The notes: a model not told the origin generated them from the letters alone. DNA of 61,341 nucleotides, filler included, from 9 parts of 9 records of this genome joined end to end with filler, not necessarily neighbours in it, one strand, 5' to 3'; numbered from the whole stretch's first letter, positions 51,758-60,801 are shown. Made by a program: numbers and translations.

Positions 51758-51782
51758 AACCAGAAGCAACGGATGATTGTTG

Positions 51783-51857
51783 TTAGCGGTTGGCAATGTA
51801 CATGGTGATTTCAAAACCAAATCGCATGTCAACGAATGCCGGTGTAGTCCAGGTCAT
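51783..51857 (-). CDS. pqqA: PQQ precursor peptide PqqA (24 aa; absent from ORF track)
   Basis: Manual translation [24 protein letters not shown] with the E-xxx-Y core; GAGGAG RBS. Confidence 0.95.
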   Translation of the reverse strand: MTWTTPAFVDMRFGFEITMYIANR

Positions 51858-51931
51858 GAATGTCTCCTCGTGAATTGAATGGTGCATCTTCGAAGGATGC
51901 TCAACGTGAATTGATCACCATTTAATACTAC

Positions 51932-51947
51932 ATTCTGTATTCAGAGT
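51932..51947. promoter_or_regulatory. Palindromic operator copy 3
   Basis: ATTCTGTATTCAGAGT, 14/16 match, upstream of pqqA. Confidence 0.65.
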
Positions 51948-52028
51948 TCGCAATATTTTTTTAGTCCCTATTGGGATTTGTACTGATTCGATCGAATAGG
52001 GTGTGGAAATTAACATTCTTTAATATAA

Positions 52029-52048
52029 ATAAGAATAATTATCATTAT
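52029..52048. promoter_or_regulatory. Fur box
   Basis: ATAAGAATAATTATCATTAT (reverse complement ATAATGATAATTATTCTTAT) upstream of a TonB receptor. Confidence 0.75.
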
Positions 52049-52080
52049 AATTGCGGAATTCTTCATTTTCAGAGTTTCGC

Positions 52081-52470
52081 ATGATCTCCACCAACCCAAA
52101 ACTGAGCGCAGTGGCCCTGGCTGTATTCGCTGCATTGTCTTCAACTGCTTTTGCCCAAACCGCTGAATTGCCCGCTGTGCAGGTCAACGCCAGTGCCGAT
52201 GCATCGGCCGAAGGTTTGGCCCCCGAATACGCGGGTGGCCAAGTGGCCACCGGTGGCCGTGTGGGTCTGTTGGGTGCCCAGTCGAACATGGACACGCCCT
52301 TTGCCTTGACCAGCTACACATCAACACTGATACAGAACCAGCAAGCGGCCAGCGTGGGCGAGGTGTTGCTGAACGACCCCGCTGTGCGCGTGGCGCGTGG
52401 TTTTGGCAATTTCCAGCAAGTGTATCTGGTGCGCGGATTGCCGATTTTTTCTGACGACATGTCGTACAAC
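52081..52470 (+). CDS. TonB-dependent siderophore receptor (3' truncated)
   Basis: Signal peptide, ELPAVQV TonB box, YAGGQVATGGRVGLLG...DTPF plug domain. Confidence 0.88.
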
Positions 52471-52570
52471 NNNNNNNNNNNNNNNNNNNNNNNNNNNNNN
52501 NNNNNNNNNNNNNNTTAATTAATTAANNNNNNNNNNNNNNNNNNNNNNNNNNNNNNNNNNNNNNNNNNNN
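52471..52570. other. Artificial contig linker
   Basis: N44-TTAATTAATTAA-N44. Confidence 0.98.
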
Positions 52571-52793
52571 GCTCGATCCCGAACTGGTCGGCGAGGTGCT
52601 GCTGGTGATGCGCCAGCTTGCCGAGGAAGGCCGGACCATGATCATTGTTACACACGAAATCGATTTCGCTCGCGAGGTCTCGAACGAGGTGGTCTTTCTG
52701 CACCAGGGGCGTGTGGAAGAACAGGGGCCGCCTGAACAGGTGCTCGACGATCCGCGATCGGAGCGCTGCCGTCAGTTCGTCAAACGGAGCTGA
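52571..52793 (+). CDS. Polar amino-acid ABC ATPase (HisP-like), C-terminal fragment
   Basis: LDPELVGEVL...GRTMIIVTHE..FAREVS. Confidence 0.9.
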
Positions 52794-52851
52794 CCGGACA
52801 GTGACAGTAACCGCAGGGAATCAAACCGGAACCAAACTGGGAGCCACAATA

Positions 52852-53703
52852 ATGAAACGTTTTCTGACAGCTCTGGCCCTCGCGTCCATCGCTTTTAGCG
52901 GTGCCGCGGTTGCCAAGGACTTCAAGGCGGGCAGCAAGGTCCGCATCGCCACCGAAGGCGCCTATGCACCGTGGAACTTCACGGACAGTTCCGGCAAGCT
53001 GGATGGCTATGAAGTCGATCTCTATGCCGATCTGTGCGAGCGCATGGATGTTCAGTGCGATCTGGTACAGGCCGCCTGGGAAGGCATCATTCCGGCGCTT
53101 CAGGCCGGCAAGTTCGACGCGATCATGGCCGGCATGTCGATCACCGACAAGCGCAAGGAAGTCATCACCTTCTCGCGTTCCTACATGGGCTCCCCGGCGT
53201 CCTTCGTCGTTGTGAAGTCAAGCCCGCTGGCCAGCCTGAGTGCAGGTATGGACACGATCTCCCTCGCCGATGTCGATGCGAAGGAAAAGGCCGGTCTGGA
53301 CGCCATGAAGGCAGCCCTCAAGGGGAAGACCGTCGGCGTGCAGATCTCCACTACGCACGAAAACTTCCTGAACGAGTACATGGGGGACACGGTCACCGTG
53401 AAGACCTATGACACCCAGGAAAACCTCGACCTTGACCTCACCGCCGGCCGCATCGATGCGGCGCTGGCGTCGCTCTCCTACTGGGTGCCGCTGCTCGCGG
53501 GTGAGAAGGGCGAGACCATGGCGATGGTCGGCCCGAAGATGGACGGTGGTCCGTTCGGTAACGGCGTTGGCGCCGGTATCCGCAAGGATGACCAGGAACT
53601 GGCCGATATGTTCACCAAAGCCATCGATGCAGCGATTGCCGACGGTACGATCTCGAAGCTCTCCACCAAGTGGTTCGGCTTCGACGGTGCGCCGAAGGAC
53701 TGA
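52852..53703 (+). CDS. Polar amino-acid/opine ABC substrate-binding protein (ArgT/OccT-like)
   Basis: Signal peptide; IATEGAYAPWN, WEGIIPAL, MSITDKRK, KWFG. Confidence 0.9.
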   Translation: MKRFLTALALASIAFSGAAVAKDFKAGSKVRIATEGAYAPWNFTDSSGKLDGYEVDLYADLCERMDVQCDLVQAAWEGIIPALQAGKFDAIMAGMSITDKRKEVITFSRSYMGSPASFVVVKSSPLASLSAGMDTISLADVDAKEKAGLDAMKAALKGKTVGVQISTTHENFLNEYMGDTVTVKTYDTQENLDLDLTAGRIDAALASLSYWVPLLAGEKGETMAMVGPKMDGGPFGNGVGAGIRKDDQELADMFTKAIDAAIADGTISKLSTKWFGFDGAPKD

Positions 53704-53727
53704 TCGGCATCTGTTATCTGATATGCG

Positions 53728-53751
53728 TGCGGCCGCCTTCGGGCGGCCGCA
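53728..53751 (+). terminator. Intercistronic stable hairpin (UUCG loop)
   Basis: TGCGGCCGCC-TTCG-GGCGGCCGCA after the SBP gene; no T run, so probably an mRNA stabiliser. Confidence 0.6.
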
Positions 53752-53781
53752 TCGCTTCTGAAACGACCGGAGATTGTCCAG

Positions 53782-54501
53782 GTGAACCTGCCGGATTGGA
53801 TGCTACTGCTGCAATGGGGTGATGCTGGCTGGGGCGACGAAATGGTCCGCGGCATGCTGATGACGCTCGCGGTGGCCATGGCGGCATTCCTTCTCGGGAT
53901 TGTCATCGGCACCCTGGGCGCCGCACTGAAACTTTCCCGCTATATGCTACTCCGCTTCATTGGCGAGGTGTATACAACGCTGATCCGGGGTGTGCCTGAC
54001 CTGTTGGTTATCTATCTGCTGTTCTTCGGCGGCAGTATGGCGCTGATGGCTGTAGCCCGGGTGTTCGGTTATGAGGATTATATCGAGCTGGATGCCTTCG
54101 CCATCGGCACCATCGCGCTCGGCATCATCTCCGGGGCCTATGCGACGGAGGTGATCCGGGGGGCTGTCCTGGCTGTGCCGAAGGGTCAGATCGAGGCGGC
54201 GAAAGCTTGCGGCATGAGCCGGTTTCTGCTGTTTCGCCGGATCATGGTGCCGCAGGTGGCGCGGTTCGCGCTGCCGGGGCTCGGCAATGTCTGGCAGCTC
54301 ACGCTGAAGGACACCTCGCTGATTTCCATCGTCGGTCTGGTCGAAATCATGCGCCAGGCATCGGTCGCCAGCGGATCGACCCAGAAACCCTTCACCTTCT
54401 ATCTGACGGCGGGCGTGCTTTATCTCGTTCTGACGGCCTTTTCGAACAAAGGTTTCGGCCTGGCTGAACTGTGGGCCAATCGTGGCGTCAGGAGGGCTTG
54501 A
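53782..54501 (+). CDS. Amino-acid ABC permease (HisQ-like)
   Basis: RGVPDLL, GQIEAAKACG, LKDTSL. Confidence 0.9.
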   Translation: MNLPDWMLLLQWGDAGWGDEMVRGMLMTLAVAMAAFLLGIVIGTLGAALKLSRYMLLRFIGEVYTTLIRGVPDLLVIYLLFFGGSMALMAVARVFGYEDYIELDAFAIGTIALGIISGAYATEVIRGAVLAVPKGQIEAAKACGMSRFLLFRRIMVPQVARFALPGLGNVWQLTLKDTSLISIVGLVEIMRQASVASGSTQKPFTFYLTAGVLYLVLTAFSNKGFGLAELWANRGVRRA

Positions 54502-54504
54502 GCC

Positions 54505-55257
54505 ATGGATTTCAATCTCATGGCGGAAGCCTTCCCGAAGATCCTCGCTGGATTGCCCGTCACCATGGCACTGGCCGCCACTTCCCTCTTCATCGGATTC
54601 TTCCTGGCCATTGTGATAGCGCAGCTGCGTACCTCCCGTTTTCGACCCTTGGCGGCCGCCGCCTATGGCTTTTTCTATGTGTTCCGGGGCACGCCGCTCC
54701 TGGTGCAGATCTTCCTGATTTATTACGGGTCCGGCCAGTTCGAGGTTGTCCGGGAAAGCTTTCTCTGGCCATTCCTGCGGGAAGCCTGGTGGTGCGCGAT
54801 CCTGGCGCTGACACTGAACACAGGCGCCTATACAAGCGAGATCATTCGTGGCGGCATCCAAGCTGTTCCGTTCGGTCAGATCGAGGCTGCCAAGGCCTGC
54901 GGCATGAATGCCGTCATGCGGTTCCGGCGGGTCATCTTTCCGCAAGCCATCCGGCAGGCCCTGCCGGCCTATGGCAACGAAATCATCCTGATGATCAAAG
55001 GGACGTCGCTGGCCAGCACGATCACATTGCTCGAGATGACGGGGATCGCCCGCAAGATGATCTCGCAGACCTACAAGCCGCTGGAGATTTTCCTGATCGC
55101 GGCGGTCTTCTATCTGGCGCTTGTCTTTATCGTGACCCGCGCCGTTGCCTTCATTGAATACAGACTGAACCCGGAACGGCGCGATGCGGCCCGCGTGCCT
55201 ATGGCCAAGGACCTGCAGACGGCGCCAATTGGCGATATCGATGCCGGATTCCGGTGA
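54505..55257 (+). CDS. Amino-acid ABC permease (HisM-like)
   Basis: FRGTPLLVQ, AYTSEIIRG, LPAYGNE. Confidence 0.9.
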   Translation: MDFNLMAEAFPKILAGLPVTMALAATSLFIGFFLAIVIAQLRTSRFRPLAAAAYGFFYVFRGTPLLVQIFLIYYGSGQFEVVRESFLWPFLREAWWCAILALTLNTGAYTSEIIRGGIQAVPFGQIEAAKACGMNAVMRFRRVIFPQAIRQALPAYGNEIILMIKGTSLASTITLLEMTGIARKMISQTYKPLEIFLIAAVFYLALVFIVTRAVAFIEYRLNPERRDAARVPMAKDLQTAPIGDIDAGFR

Positions 55258-55768
55258 TACGGGAGATTTTCTTTTTCGCGAGGCGGAGCTTTCCGACGGA
55301 GCAATCATCCATAGGTGGCTTTCGGCGCCCCATGTAACGCGCTGGACGCACCGGGTCTTCTCGACGATCTCCAGGGCACTTGATGGCGCATCGCCGGGGG
55401 CGGAATCCATGCTCTATATCGTGGAGTTTGCCGGCGGAGAGATTGGCTGTGCGCATGTCTACAGCGCGCATGGCGATCCGAACTGGACTGCCATTTCGGA
55501 TGTCACCGCGCAAACCCGCGCCATTGATTTTCTGATCGGCGAGGCTGATTTCCTGAACCGGAAGATCGGGCAAGCCATGCTTCGGGCCCTGGCCGGAAAG
55601 ATATTCCGGGACACGGACACGGACCGCATCGTCGCCTGCCCGCACCCGGACAATTGGCCCGCCGTCATTGCTCTCAAGCGGGCCGGTTTCCGCGAGAAGG
55701 GCCGCCACCCAATCCCGACCATGAACGCGATGTACCTGACCGTTACGCGGCAAACCTTCAAGGGGTAG
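55241..55768 (+). CDS. GNAT acetyltransferase (Acetyltransf_8 / AAC(6')-like)
   Basis: RWLSAPHVTRW, IDFLIGEADFLNRKIG, CPHPDNWPA...KRAGF. Confidence 0.78.
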   Translation: MPDSGDTGDFLFREAELSDGAIIHRWLSAPHVTRWTHRVFSTISRALDGASPGAESMLYIVEFAGGEIGCAHVYSAHGDPNWTAISDVTAQTRAIDFLIGEADFLNRKIGQAMLRALAGKIFRDTDTDRIVACPHPDNWPAVIALKRAGFREKGRHPIPTMNAMYLTVTRQTFKG

Positions 55769-55771
55769 CAT

Positions 55772-55802
55772 TGTGACAGGGCATGAAGGGTGCCCTGTCA
55801 CA
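55772..55802. terminator. Hairpin between convergent genes
   Basis: TGTGACAGGGCA-TGAAGGG-TGCCCTGTCACA, perfect 12-bp stem. Confidence 0.7.
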
Positions 55803-55816
55803 GCAGGCACCGGCAA

Positions 55817-57598
55817 TTAGAGAATGAATCGATCAAGTTCGACACTCGGGACGCCGATCAGAGTCACTGTTCCACTGCCGGAAAATGTCAGTTGCAGGCT
55901 GTCACCCGGAATTACGCTGGCTGTAGCATCATTCGCGTCGACGATCTGATCGCCATTGCTGTCCAGATCGGCGGTAACGAGGCCGAGTGCACTGAGATCC
56001 AATTGATCGGACGTAGCATCGAAGTCATTGACCTTGTCGTTTCCGAAAGATCCTGTATCCGAGCTGATATCGAAGACATCCGCGCCCAAACCGCCTTCAA
56101 GAACATCGTTCCCGGTATTCCCGACCAGCGTGTCGGCCCCGTCAGAGCCTGTTAGATAATCGTGACCAGCACCGCCATCGATCCTGTCAATTCCGGTTAG
56201 TGTTACGTTGCTGAAATCGAGCGTGTCCCTGCTAGACGTGCCCTGAATGTAGACGCCTGTATGTCCATCGGCATCAATGGTTTCGATCCCCTCTATGGTT
56301 CCATAGAGGCCGATCCGGGTGTTGTTCTCTGTCGCGACAACGATATCCGTGCCGGTTACGCCCGTATCCAGGAAGCGATCGAAACCGTCACCTGTGCCGC
56401 CGACTTCATAGCGATCCGCTCCATCGCCCCCATCGAGAACATCATTACCCGAATTGCCGACGAAGGTGTCTGCAGCACCGGAGCCGGTGATGATGTCGTG
56501 ACCGCCGCCGCCATCGATCCTGTCAATTCCGGTTAAGGTCACGTCGCTGAAGTCCAGAACGTCCCGGCTGGACGTTCCCTGTATATAAACGCCGGTATGC
56601 CCATTAGCATCTATGGCCTCGATCCCTTCGATTGTTCCATAGAGGCCGATCCGCGTGCCGTCTTCCGTAGCGAGGATGACATCAGTGCCGCCGGTGCCGC
56701 TGTCGAGGAATTTGTCGAAACCATCGCCGCTGCCGCCGACCAAATAAGTGTCGCTGCCTTCTCCGCCATTGATCACATCATTGCCGCTGTTACCGACAAG
56801 GACATCGTTGCCTTCGAGGCCGGTGATGAAATCGTGCCCGGCGTTTCCGATGATAGTATCCGCGCCATCGGTGCCGGTCAGGTAGTCGCGGTAGGCTCCG
56901 CCTTCAATCAGCTCGCCCGGGTTCCCGATCCCGGCAACTTCGTCGTCGGTGAGTGCGCGGTTATAGATCAGGACGTCATCGACGGCCCCCTTCAGGTCCA
57001 GGGCAGGGTAGTAGGGATCATACCCAATGGTCACGGGCTGATTGTTGTCGAACGATCCGATCATCGGGGTTGATGTGGAGCCGTTTGTGCCGTGCGTGAT
57101 TTCGCTCCCGGTCAGCTCTTCGCCATCAATGAAGAGTTTTGGGAGCGACGACGCGGTACTCCGGTCGACAACCACGGTGACATGGTGGAATTCCCCATCA
57201 TCATACGTTTCGGTTGAGCTGATGGCATGGTCTCTGGATGAGCCGTTCGACCAATGGAAGCCAAATTTTCCCTCAGAATTAGCATACAAGCGCCAGCGTG
57301 AATCCCACCCTGCCGTCTCGTAGAATTTTCCGACGATGGTACCTGTGGTACCAGAGTCCGGATCCAACTTGACCCATGCAGATATGGAAAAATTACCCGA
57401 TCCGAAATTGAAGCTGCTCGAATGCGGGATGGTTATCTTGTCTGCGACGTTATCGAAATCTGCGGCCTGTCCATTGACGCCTGTCACATAGTCGACGCTA
57501 GCCGTTGCGGATCCGTTTTGAGCGGTACCCGCGCTGTCAGTTACATTTCCGTCGAGTTCATAGTGGGCGACCAGCCCATTCTGAGGGATAGAAGTCAT
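55817..57598 (-). CDS. LamG-like jelly-roll + RTX calcium-binding repeat protein (probable T1SS substrate)
   Basis: GLVAHYELDGN, FSISAWVK, GAVDDVLIYNRALT (LamG); many GGxGxD/GNxGND nonapeptides; no signal peptide. Confidence 0.85.
   Translation of the reverse strand: MTSIPQNGLVAHYELDGNVTDSAGTAQNGSATASVDYVTGVNGQAADFDNVADKITIPHSSSFNFGSGNFSISAWVKLDPDSGTTGTIVGKFYETAGWDSRWRLYANSEGKFGFHWSNGSSRDHAISSTETYDDGEFHHVTVVVDRSTASSLPKLFIDGEELTGSEITHGTNGSTSTPMIGSFDNNQPVTIGYDPYYPALDLKGAVDDVLIYNRALTDDEVAGIGNPGELIEGGAYRDYLTGTDGADTIIGNAGHDFITGLEGNDVLVGNSGNDVINGGEGSDTYLVGGSGDGFDKFLDSGTGGTDVILATEDGTRIGLYGTIEGIEAIDANGHTGVYIQGTSSRDVLDFSDVTLTGIDRIDGGGGHDIITGSGAADTFVGNSGNDVLDGGDGADRYEVGGTGDGFDRFLDTGVTGTDIVVATENNTRIGLYGTIEGIETIDADGHTGVYIQGTSSRDTLDFSNVTLTGIDRIDGGAGHDYLTGSDGADTLVGNTGNDVLEGGLGADVFDISSDTGSFGNDKVNDFDATSDQLDLSALGLVTADLDSNGDQIVDANDATASVIPGDSLQLTFSGSGTVTLIGVPSVELDRFIL
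56075..56840 (-). repeat. Intragenic 336-bp (112-aa) tandem duplication, about 2.3 copies
   Basis: CCATCGATCCTGTCAATTCCGGTTA occurs at 56175 and 56511; the peptide TRIGLYGTIEGIE.IDA.GHTGVYIQGTSSRD occurs twice. Ends are approximate. Confidence 0.85.
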
Positions 57599-57712
57599 CG
57601 CTGTTTCCTCTCATGCCCGAGATTGACCGCATGCAGCGGTGTGTCGCGCCGACATGGAAAGAATTTGCGATAAAATTATCTTCAACAACCTATGGATTTT
57701 TGTAGTATTTGA

Positions 57713-58009
57713 TTGAAGCTAAAGAATGAAAAAATAAATGCCTCAAAATCTCATGATGGAATTTTTGTGTGCCTGCCTGAACTGACAAGACGCGCCCAAC
57801 CGGAGCGGCAGGCTGATCTGACAGAACGCGAACGGGATGTGCTCACCTATCTTGCCAGTGGGTACCGCAATGACCGTATTGCTCACGCGATGCGGATTTC
57901 AAAGGTCACTGTGGATTTTCACATCAGGAATGCACGTCGCAAGCTTTTTGCCCGCACGAGGGAAGAGGCCGTAGCGCTTGCCATAAAGGCGGGGTTGATT
58001 GAGATATGA
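57713..58009 (+). CDS. Stand-alone LuxR-type HTH regulator
   Basis: LTERERDVLTYLASGY...IAHAMRISKVTVDFHIRNARRKL; TTG start uncertain. Confidence 0.8.
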   Translation: MKLKNEKINASKSHDGIFVCLPELTRRAQPERQADLTERERDVLTYLASGYRNDRIAHAMRISKVTVDFHIRNARRKLFARTREEAVALAIKAGLIEI

Positions 58010-58115
58010 GGAGGCGAAGTGCTTCTTGCCTCAAGGCGACTTCCGGGCCTGATGACGCCTCATTCATTCTGGGTTGGAATTTGTTTTGCTGGTGGCGCAA
58101 AAGTAAGCTGCGTAA

Positions 58116-59063
58116 ATGGCAACAGACGCACCGGATGCTGCAGCATCTCCTTCCAGCACACTGACGAACTCATACGGCACGGCTGTTCTCTTCATGCTTG
58201 GCGCGATCACTGTGCTGCCCTGCATGAATGTGCTGGCGCGCTACCTGTCCGCGGACTATTCGACGACCCAGATTGTCTGGGCCCGCTATACCGGGCATTT
58301 GGTGTTCGCATTGATCCTCTTCATGCCGAGGCATGGCATCGGGTTGCTGCGGGCGCAGAAGCCGGGCGTTCACATTGTCCGCTCTGTGCTCATGTTCTGC
58401 TGTACCTGCATGTTCTTTCTGGCAGTGCGCTATATCGAGGTGCCGACGGCGAGTGCGATCAATTTCACTTCGCCGATCATCGTGACGGCCCTTGCCGTGC
58501 CCTTTCTTGGCGAGAAGGTCGGGATACGGCGCTGGATTGCCGTGCTCATCGGCTTTTGCGGCGCGTTGATCATCATCCGGCCGGGCGGGTCGGAGAGCCA
58601 CTGGGCGATGTTCCTGGTCATTGGCACCGCGTTCTTCTACGCAGTCTATCAGGTTCTGACGCGCAAATATGCCAGCAGCGATTCCGCCGAGACCTCGATC
58701 ACCTATATCGCCCTGATAGGTGCCCTGATAACGAGTGTGGCTCTGCCATTCGATTATCGGATACCGGATAATGCAGCCGATTACGGGCTGTTCGCCCTGA
58801 CCGGTTTTCTCGGTGGCCTCGGGCATTTCTTTGTCATCAAAGCCTTCCGGCTCGGCGAGGCCTCGCTGTTGTCGCCGATCAATTACGGCCAGCTGCTGAT
58901 GGCGACATTGCTGACCTTCCTGATTTTCGGAACCTTGCCGGATGCCATGACTTGGCTCGGCGCGGGTATCATCGTGGGCAGCGGTCTCTATATTACCTAC
59001 CGGGAAACGCAGAAGGCGCGGTCAAGAAAACTTACGGCCGGAGCCGTCTCCGCCGATCACTGA
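58116..59063 (+). CDS. DMT/EamA family transporter
   Basis: About 10 TM helices; FTSP...LGEKVGIRRW, IIRPG, ASLLSPINY. Confidence 0.9.
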   Translation: MATDAPDAAASPSSTLTNSYGTAVLFMLGAITVLPCMNVLARYLSADYSTTQIVWARYTGHLVFALILFMPRHGIGLLRAQKPGVHIVRSVLMFCCTCMFFLAVRYIEVPTASAINFTSPIIVTALAVPFLGEKVGIRRWIAVLIGFCGALIIIRPGGSESHWAMFLVIGTAFFYAVYQVLTRKYASSDSAETSITYIALIGALITSVALPFDYRIPDNAADYGLFALTGFLGGLGHFFVIKAFRLGEASLLSPINYGQLLMATLLTFLIFGTLPDAMTWLGAGIIVGSGLYITYRETQKARSRKLTAGAVSADH

Positions 59064-59070
59064 GGCTGCT

Positions 59071-60801
59071 TCAGAGGGTGAGATCCGTCCGGACGCGCTC
59101 GGCGAGACGTCGCATCACCGGTTGCCAGTCTAGTCCTTCATTCCCGCGCCTGATGTCGACGGTGATTGACGGGAAAAACGGCATGCGGCCACTGCCGAGA
59201 GAAACCCAGTTCAGCACATGCGGCATTGAGTATCCCGTCTTTCCGAGAGCGCCGGTAAGACTGAGCACCAGGTTTTGTGGCGAGACAACGGCATCAAGCG
59301 CGGCAATCAGCGCGCTAACCCCATCCAGATCATTTGTAAGATCCAGACCTGGGGGGGGCAGGATATGGACATTATTCTCCGCTTCTATCCGGCCCAGTTC
59401 CTCCGGGTCATCGTCATATTGCAACGTCACGAAACGAGCGCCGGGGATCGCGAGAATAGGCCCGAGATTTCCGGGACCCGGATAATAGACAGCCTCAAGG
59501 TCACGTTTGGCCCGTGATCGCCAGGACAGCCCGATCCATGGACCTGCTCCCTGATCCGAGAGCCAGCATCTCCAGTGTGCGACCTTGTCCGGGGCTGGCT
59601 TCAAGATGGCTGACGTTTCCGGGAAGCGCGCGTGATCCGGGCGGAAGAATTTGGGTAGACTGCCGGCTGCAATTTCGTGGGTGCATCCCCGCTCTCTGAC
59701 AATTGCCGCGTAATCGGCCGGGTGCAGGCGCTGCTCCTGTTTTCGGATGCGATCGAAAAAGCGGAAATCAGGGAAGGATCGCTCAAGCAGGGCTCGGAGC
59801 CGGTCGGTGCATTCGATCGTGACGCTTCCGAGCTCTCCTCGCGCCAGCCGTTCCTGCAACTCGGGAAAGCATGTCGCGAACATGACTTCGTCACCAAGAC
59901 CCTGCTCGGTATAGACAAGCAGATGGATGTCTGGCCCGGAGACGTCCGGGGTCCAGCGCTGAGGCGGAAGATTGCGGGTCATTTTCCGGAGCGGAATCAG
60001 GCGGGCTTCATAAAGCTGCCAGCCGCGAGCCAGGTCGCCATTCGTCAGCAGGTAGATTGCGAGGTTGAAGGTGACGATCGGGTTCTGTGGATCGAACCGC
60101 ATGGCCTGCGCGCCGTTCGAGATCGCCGCGTCGATATGCCCGGCTCGGTAAAGCGCCTGGGCAAGGTTTCCGAAAGCCTCGCTATCCGCCGGTGCCGCAA
60201 TCGTTGCCATGCGCCCGTACTGCATTGCCGCCGTAACATTGTCTGTTTCCAGAAGTGTGGCTGACAGCGAGGACCAGAGACGCCCGGCTCCGGGATTGAT
60301 GAGCAGCCCATCCCGGACACAGCGCTCCGCATCCGCCCGGCGGGTCATCCGGCGCAACAATGTGCCGAGATGTTCCCAGTGGGCCGGATCGGCAGGGGCA
60401 CGTAGGCACGCCTGCTTCAGGCAGATAAGCGCTTCTGCATTCTGGCCAAGACGGATTGCGCAGCTTGCCTGGCGCGCCCAATAATCGGCACGCAGAGCCT
60501 CTGTTTTCGACGCGCGGCGAAACCACAGGAGGGCCCTGGGGTCGTCCGTAGCGTGAACATAGAGCGTTGCCAGATTGCTCAAAACGCTGCCGCGGCCTGG
60601 ATCGAGCAGCAGAGAGCGCCGGAAGGCGTGCACTGCTTCCGGACCGCGCCCGGGCAGGCCGGTGCAGGCAACACCAAGATAATCATAGACGGCGCTCTGG
60701 CTGGCGTCGGCAGCAAGACAATCCCTGTAATAGCCGATGGCGGCCTCAAGATTACCCGCGCGATGAGAGGCGAATGCGGCCTGAAGCAACGTCGCGCTCA
60801 T
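59071..60801 (-). CDS. TPR-repeat + GT-B glycosyltransferase-like protein (FlmG/FlbA-like)
   Basis: N-terminal TPRs; GWQLYEAR, EQGLGDEVMF, GSLP, IGLSWRS, LQY, DLTNDLD...ALDAVVS. Confidence 0.82.
   Translation of the reverse strand: MSATLLQAAFASHRAGNLEAAIGYYRDCLAADASQSAVYDYLGVACTGLPGRGPEAVHAFRRSLLLDPGRGSVLSNLATLYVHATDDPRALLWFRRASKTEALRADYWARQASCAIRLGQNAEALICLKQACLRAPADPAHWEHLGTLLRRMTRRADAERCVRDGLLINPGAGRLWSSLSATLLETDNVTAAMQYGRMATIAAPADSEAFGNLAQALYRAGHIDAAISNGAQAMRFDPQNPIVTFNLAIYLLTNGDLARGWQLYEARLIPLRKMTRNLPPQRWTPDVSGPDIHLLVYTEQGLGDEVMFATCFPELQERLARGELGSVTIECTDRLRALLERSFPDFRFFDRIRKQEQRLHPADYAAIVRERGCTHEIAAGSLPKFFRPDHARFPETSAILKPAPDKVAHWRCWLSDQGAGPWIGLSWRSRAKRDLEAVYYPGPGNLGPILAIPGARFVTLQYDDDPEELGRIEAENNVHILPPPGLDLTNDLDGVSALIAALDAVVSPQNLVLSLTGALGKTGYSMPHVLNWVSLGSGRMPFFPSITVDIRRGNEGLDWQPVMRRLAERVRTDLTL

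Noticed and set aside
52029-52470. TonB receptor as a lanthanide-uptake component of the PQQ island
   Set aside because: It has a clear Fur box and a siderophore-receptor-type N-terminus, so iron uptake is more likely. Not fully excluded, because it shares an intergenic region with pqqA.
59351-59358. G8 tract in the TPR-glycosyltransferase as a phase-variation switch
   Set aside because: Explained by a Pro-Pro-Pro codon run in an intact frame; no evidence of slippage.
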